From Ignavibacteria bacterium (GTDB taxonomy: Bacteria > Bacteroidota > Ignavibacteria > Kapaibacteriales > UBA2268): DNA of 59,177 nt. The stretch spans positions 1 through 59,177 of the forward strand of contig JAOAGZ010000004.1 of NCBI GenBank assembly GCA_026415495.1, written 5' to 3'. Both the position numbers and the translations under genes were made by a program. Positions 56,628 through 59,177 of this stretch are shown one piece after another; within the stretch, counting starts at the first letter, position 1; each line of letters opens with the position of its first letter. The notes below the pieces were generated by a model, which made no database searches, was not told where the DNA came from, and was given only the letters and a program-made list of their open reading frames with translations.

Positions 56628-56701
56628 GGGCCTGTAGCTCAATTGGTTAGAGCGCCGGACTCATAATCCGTCGATTGGGGGGTCAAGTCCCTCCAGGCCC
56701 A
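56628..56701 (+). tRNA. tRNA with CAT anticodon, most likely tRNA-Ile2 (lysidine); CCA not encoded
   Basis: Acceptor GGGCCTG/CAGGCCC, D-arm GCTC/GAGC, loop CTCATAA. It has no initiator features (no C1 mismatch, no GGG/CCC anticodon stem). T-loop reads GTCAAGT. TATTTTTG box at 56568-56575. Confidence 0.85.
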
Positions 56702-56708
56702 CAAAAAG

Positions 56709-56735
56709 AAACTGCCTCGAAACGGCAGTTTTTTT
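56709..56735 (+). terminator. Intrinsic terminator after the tRNA
   Basis: AAACTGCC / GGCAGTTT stem plus T-run. Confidence 0.8.
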
Positions 56736-56868
56736 GTTTAAGTATGAAGTAAATAAAGATGTTGTTGATTTTCCCACTCCTGAAATAAATCCTATTATCA
56801 GTCGAAATACATTACATTTCTATAAAAAGAATTAAAAATCTTGGAATTAGTAACAACTATGATTAAAT

Positions 56869-56899
56869 AAAAAAGGCTGTCCTAAATGAATGGACAGCC
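56869..56899 (-). terminator. Intrinsic terminator after pckA
   Basis: GGCTGTCC / GGACAGCC stem with T-tail on the minus strand. Confidence 0.75.
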
Positions 56900-56920
56900 A
56901 TAGAAAAATATCAGAGTATA

Positions 56921-58576
56921 TTAATAGTTTCGAACGATGCGTTGAGGACCAGCTTTTTTGACTTCATCGGGGCAACCGCTTTCGAACAATTTGAAGTTTT
57001 CGATATAGCGAGCTGCAAGAGCATCGTATTTGCTCCAGTATTCGTCTTTATTGCCCCAAGCGTTAGATGGTTCGAGCACATCATCGGGAACACCCGGACA
57101 GGTAAGTGGAACGCGGAAACCGAAAACTTTATCAGTTCTGTATTCAACATTATCGAGCAAACCGTCCAAAGCAGCATTAAGCATATTACGGGTATGGCGA
57201 ATACTAATACGTTTGCCAACACCAAATTTTCCTCCAACCCAACCGGTATTAACAAGCCAGCAACGAGTGCCGTGTTTTTCCATTTTGCTACGCAACAAAT
57301 TAGCATAATAGAATGGATGATGTACCATAAAAGGTGCACCGAAGCAAGCACTGAAAGTAATTTCTGGTTCGATACCAAGCCCGATTTCTGTTCCAGCAAT
57401 TTTGGAAGTGTAGCCACTGATGAAATGATACATAGCCTGGTTCATATCGAGACGAGCAATTGGAGGGAGCACACCAGTTGCATCGCAAGTAAGGAATATC
57501 ACGTCTTTTGGATGAGTACGTGACATCTTTTCAGGCAGAGAGTTAGGAATAAAGTCGAGCGGATACGATGCACGAGTATTTTCAGTAAGCATATCATCGT
57601 CCAAATCAATTTTGCGAGAAGCCGGATCGTAGATAACATTTTCCAAAATAGTGCCGAAGCGGCGAGTACAGGAATAGATTTCCGGCTCGTGTTCGGCAGA
57701 AAGGCGAATAACTTTTGCATAGCACCCCCCTTCGAAATTGAAAACGCCTTCGTCGCTCCACCCGTGTTCGTCGTCGCCAATAAGCTTACGGCGAGGGTCG
57801 GCAGAAAGAGTTGTCTTACCAGTACCTGAAAGCCCGAAGAACAGAGCTACACCACCATCATTTCCAACATTTGCTGAGCAGTGCATAGCCATAACATTTT
57901 CGAGTGGTTTAAGGAAATTCATAACTGTAAAGATAGTTTTCTTAATTTCGCCGCCATACATACTGCCAGCGACAATAGCCATACGTTTTGCAAAATTAAT
58001 TACCATAGCGGTTTCGGTTCGTGTGCCATCAATTTTGGGGTCGGCTTTGAATGATGGAGCAGCAAACAGTGTGAATTCAGGAACGTGGTTCTTTAAAGCA
58101 TCGCGATTTTCGATCGGAATAAACATATTGCGAGCAAAAAGGCTTTGCCAAGCATATTCAGTAACTATTCTAATTGGCATACGATAATTTGGGTCGGCTC
58201 CGACGTAGCAATCCTGAACAAAGAGCTCTTCGCCCTGCCAATATGCCAACAAGCGAGTGAGCAAAGAATTGAAATTTTCTTGGGTAACCGGACGATTATA
58301 TACACCCCACCAAATTTTATCACGAGTAAGTTCTTCATCAACGATAAATTTATCGTTGGCAGCGCGAGCAGTCCATTTACCAGTGTTTACCACAAGAGCA
58401 CCGCCAGAAGTAAGATGACCCTCGCCACGAAAGACAGCTTCTTCGATGAGAGCAGGAGTTGACAAATTCCAATAAACTCTATCTAAATGCTGAAGTCCGT
58501 GGTTAGCAAGTTTGAAATCGCTTGCATATTCACGTGCGTGTTTGGAGGCTGGAGTTGGAAATTCTAAATATTTCAT
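56921..58576 (-). CDS. pckA: Phosphoenolpyruvate carboxykinase (ATP)
   Basis: YGGEIKK, MHCSAN, FFGLSGTGKTTLS, IGDDEHGW, FNFEGGCYAK, TENTRASYP; ATG 58576 overlaps the upstream TGA. Confidence 0.97.
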   Translation of the reverse strand: MKYLEFPTPASKHAREYASDFKLANHGLQHLDRVYWNLSTPALIEEAVFRGEGHLTSGGALVVNTGKWTARAANDKFIVDEELTRDKIWWGVYNRPVTQENFNSLLTRLLAYWQGEELFVQDCYVGADPNYRMPIRIVTEYAWQSLFARNMFIPIENRDALKNHVPEFTLFAAPSFKADPKIDGTRTETAMVINFAKRMAIVAGSMYGGEIKKTIFTVMNFLKPLENVMAMHCSANVGNDGGVALFFGLSGTGKTTLSADPRRKLIGDDEHGWSDEGVFNFEGGCYAKVIRLSAEHEPEIYSCTRRFGTILENVIYDPASRKIDLDDDMLTENTRASYPLDFIPNSLPEKMSRTHPKDVIFLTCDATGVLPPIARLDMNQAMYHFISGYTSKIAGTEIGLGIEPEITFSACFGAPFMVHHPFYYANLLRSKMEKHGTRCWLVNTGWVGGKFGVGKRISIRHTRNMLNAALDGLLDNVEYRTDKVFGFRVPLTCPGVPDDVLEPSNAWGNKDEYWSKYDALAARYIENFKLFESGCPDEVKKAGPQRIVRNY

Positions 58577-59158
58577 AGCCAATCCCTCACTAATTTACGT
58601 TCACCAATATAAAGTTCGTTAGGTGAGTTCGGGTCTAAAGCCCATTTAATGCGTTCAATACCTTCTGTAATATCTTTAATAGTACCGCAAGTAGAGAGTC
58701 GCAAGAAACCATCCATACCGAATTCAATACCGGGAACAGTCAGGACGCGAACTTTTTCGAGAAGGAATTCGCTAAGCTTGCGGGAATCTTTTTCGTAATG
58801 GCTAAAATCAGCAAAGCAATAGAAAGTGCCATCGGGCTTATAAGCACGAACACCCTCAAAAGCATTTAATCGTTCCATCATCACATTGCGATTATTTTCA
58901 AGGGTTCGGCGAAGGTTTTCAACACCTGATTGAGTTCCATTCAAAGCACCAACTGCAGCTTTTTGAAGCACAACGCTTGGACCGGAAGTTTGGTGTCCCT
59001 GTATGTTAGTCATAACACGAATTAGGTTTTTATTAGCGACAGCCCATCCGATACGGAAACCGGTCATAGAATATTGCTTGCTAATACCATTGATAAGGAT
59101 TAATTTGGAGTTTTCACCCAAATCTTTAGCATATTCATAGCAATTAATTGGTTTACGT
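58573..59158 (-). CDS. Class I/II PLP-dependent aminotransferase (aspartate aminotransferase-like), 5' truncated
   Basis: NGISKQYSMTGFRIGW (PLP lysine), PDGTFY, VPG..FG, LRLS. The track's N-terminal MCIRDR comes from adapter sequence. Confidence 0.88.
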
Positions 59159-59177
59159 CTGTCTCTTATACACATCT
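59159..59177 (+). other. Nextera/Tn5 mosaic-end adapter remnant (library artefact)
   Basis: Exact CTGTCTCTTATACACATCT as the last 19 bases. Confidence 0.97.

Noticed and set aside
56740-56870. Short coding-like stretch after the CAT tRNA (EVNKDVVDFPTPEINPIISRNTL...), possibly a recombinase remnant
   Set aside because: About 30 codons, no start codon or att repeat; the resemblance is too weak to support without a search.
1404-58462. Dozens of short antisense or alternate-frame ORFs in the track (e.g. 2813-3160, 4223-4654, 25390-26070, 56942-57523, 57738-58187)
   Set aside because: They lie inside well-supported genes, have no SD or recognisable motifs, and show the Ser/Ile/Phe-rich composition of shadow frames.
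1-59177. Alternative genetic code, selenocysteine/pyrrolysine recoding, prophage or defence island
   Set aside because: Conserved genes are full length under code 11 with TAA/TAG/TGA all used as stops; no phage, transposase, cas, RT or toxin-antitoxin motifs were recognised.

Overview
Low-GC, densely coding bacterial contig end that reads as an FCB-group chromosome, most like Ignavibacteria/Kapabacteria-type relatives of Bacteroidota-Chlorobi. The evidence is TAnnTTTG -7 promoter boxes, a T9SS C-terminal sorting domain and TonB/OM-barrel proteins, alongside clear Shine-Dalgarno sites; the taxon is inference. Content is mostly core/housekeeping: ctpA, coaX, birA, ftsY, acyl-CoA carboxyltransferase plus biotin carrier, ABC exporter, nagZ-like GH3, ftsL-ftsI, purE, HMG-CoA lyase, cysS, speB, pckA and two tRNAs (Glu-CTC, Ile2/Met-CAT). 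I see no mobile element, prophage or CRISPR array. The last 19 bp are a Nextera/Tn5 adapter. The best candidate for an undescribed system is a CheB-type receiver domain fused to an intact CheD deamidase (28222-29199). It sits directly downstream of a 1439-aa cytoplasmic 5xPAS-GAF hybrid kinase, with no chemoreceptor or other che gene in the window. Other notable items: ftsL-ftsI embedded in a polysaccharide-export operon outside a dcw cluster; an ECF sigma / anti-sigma-beta-barrel / lipoprotein module with candidate sigmaW-type promoters; a 21-bp-period direct repeat; a G54 tRNA; a family of GGCTG...CAGCC hairpins; and strong strand-dependent purine/pyrimidine codon bias. All calls are from motif reading only; no database search was run.
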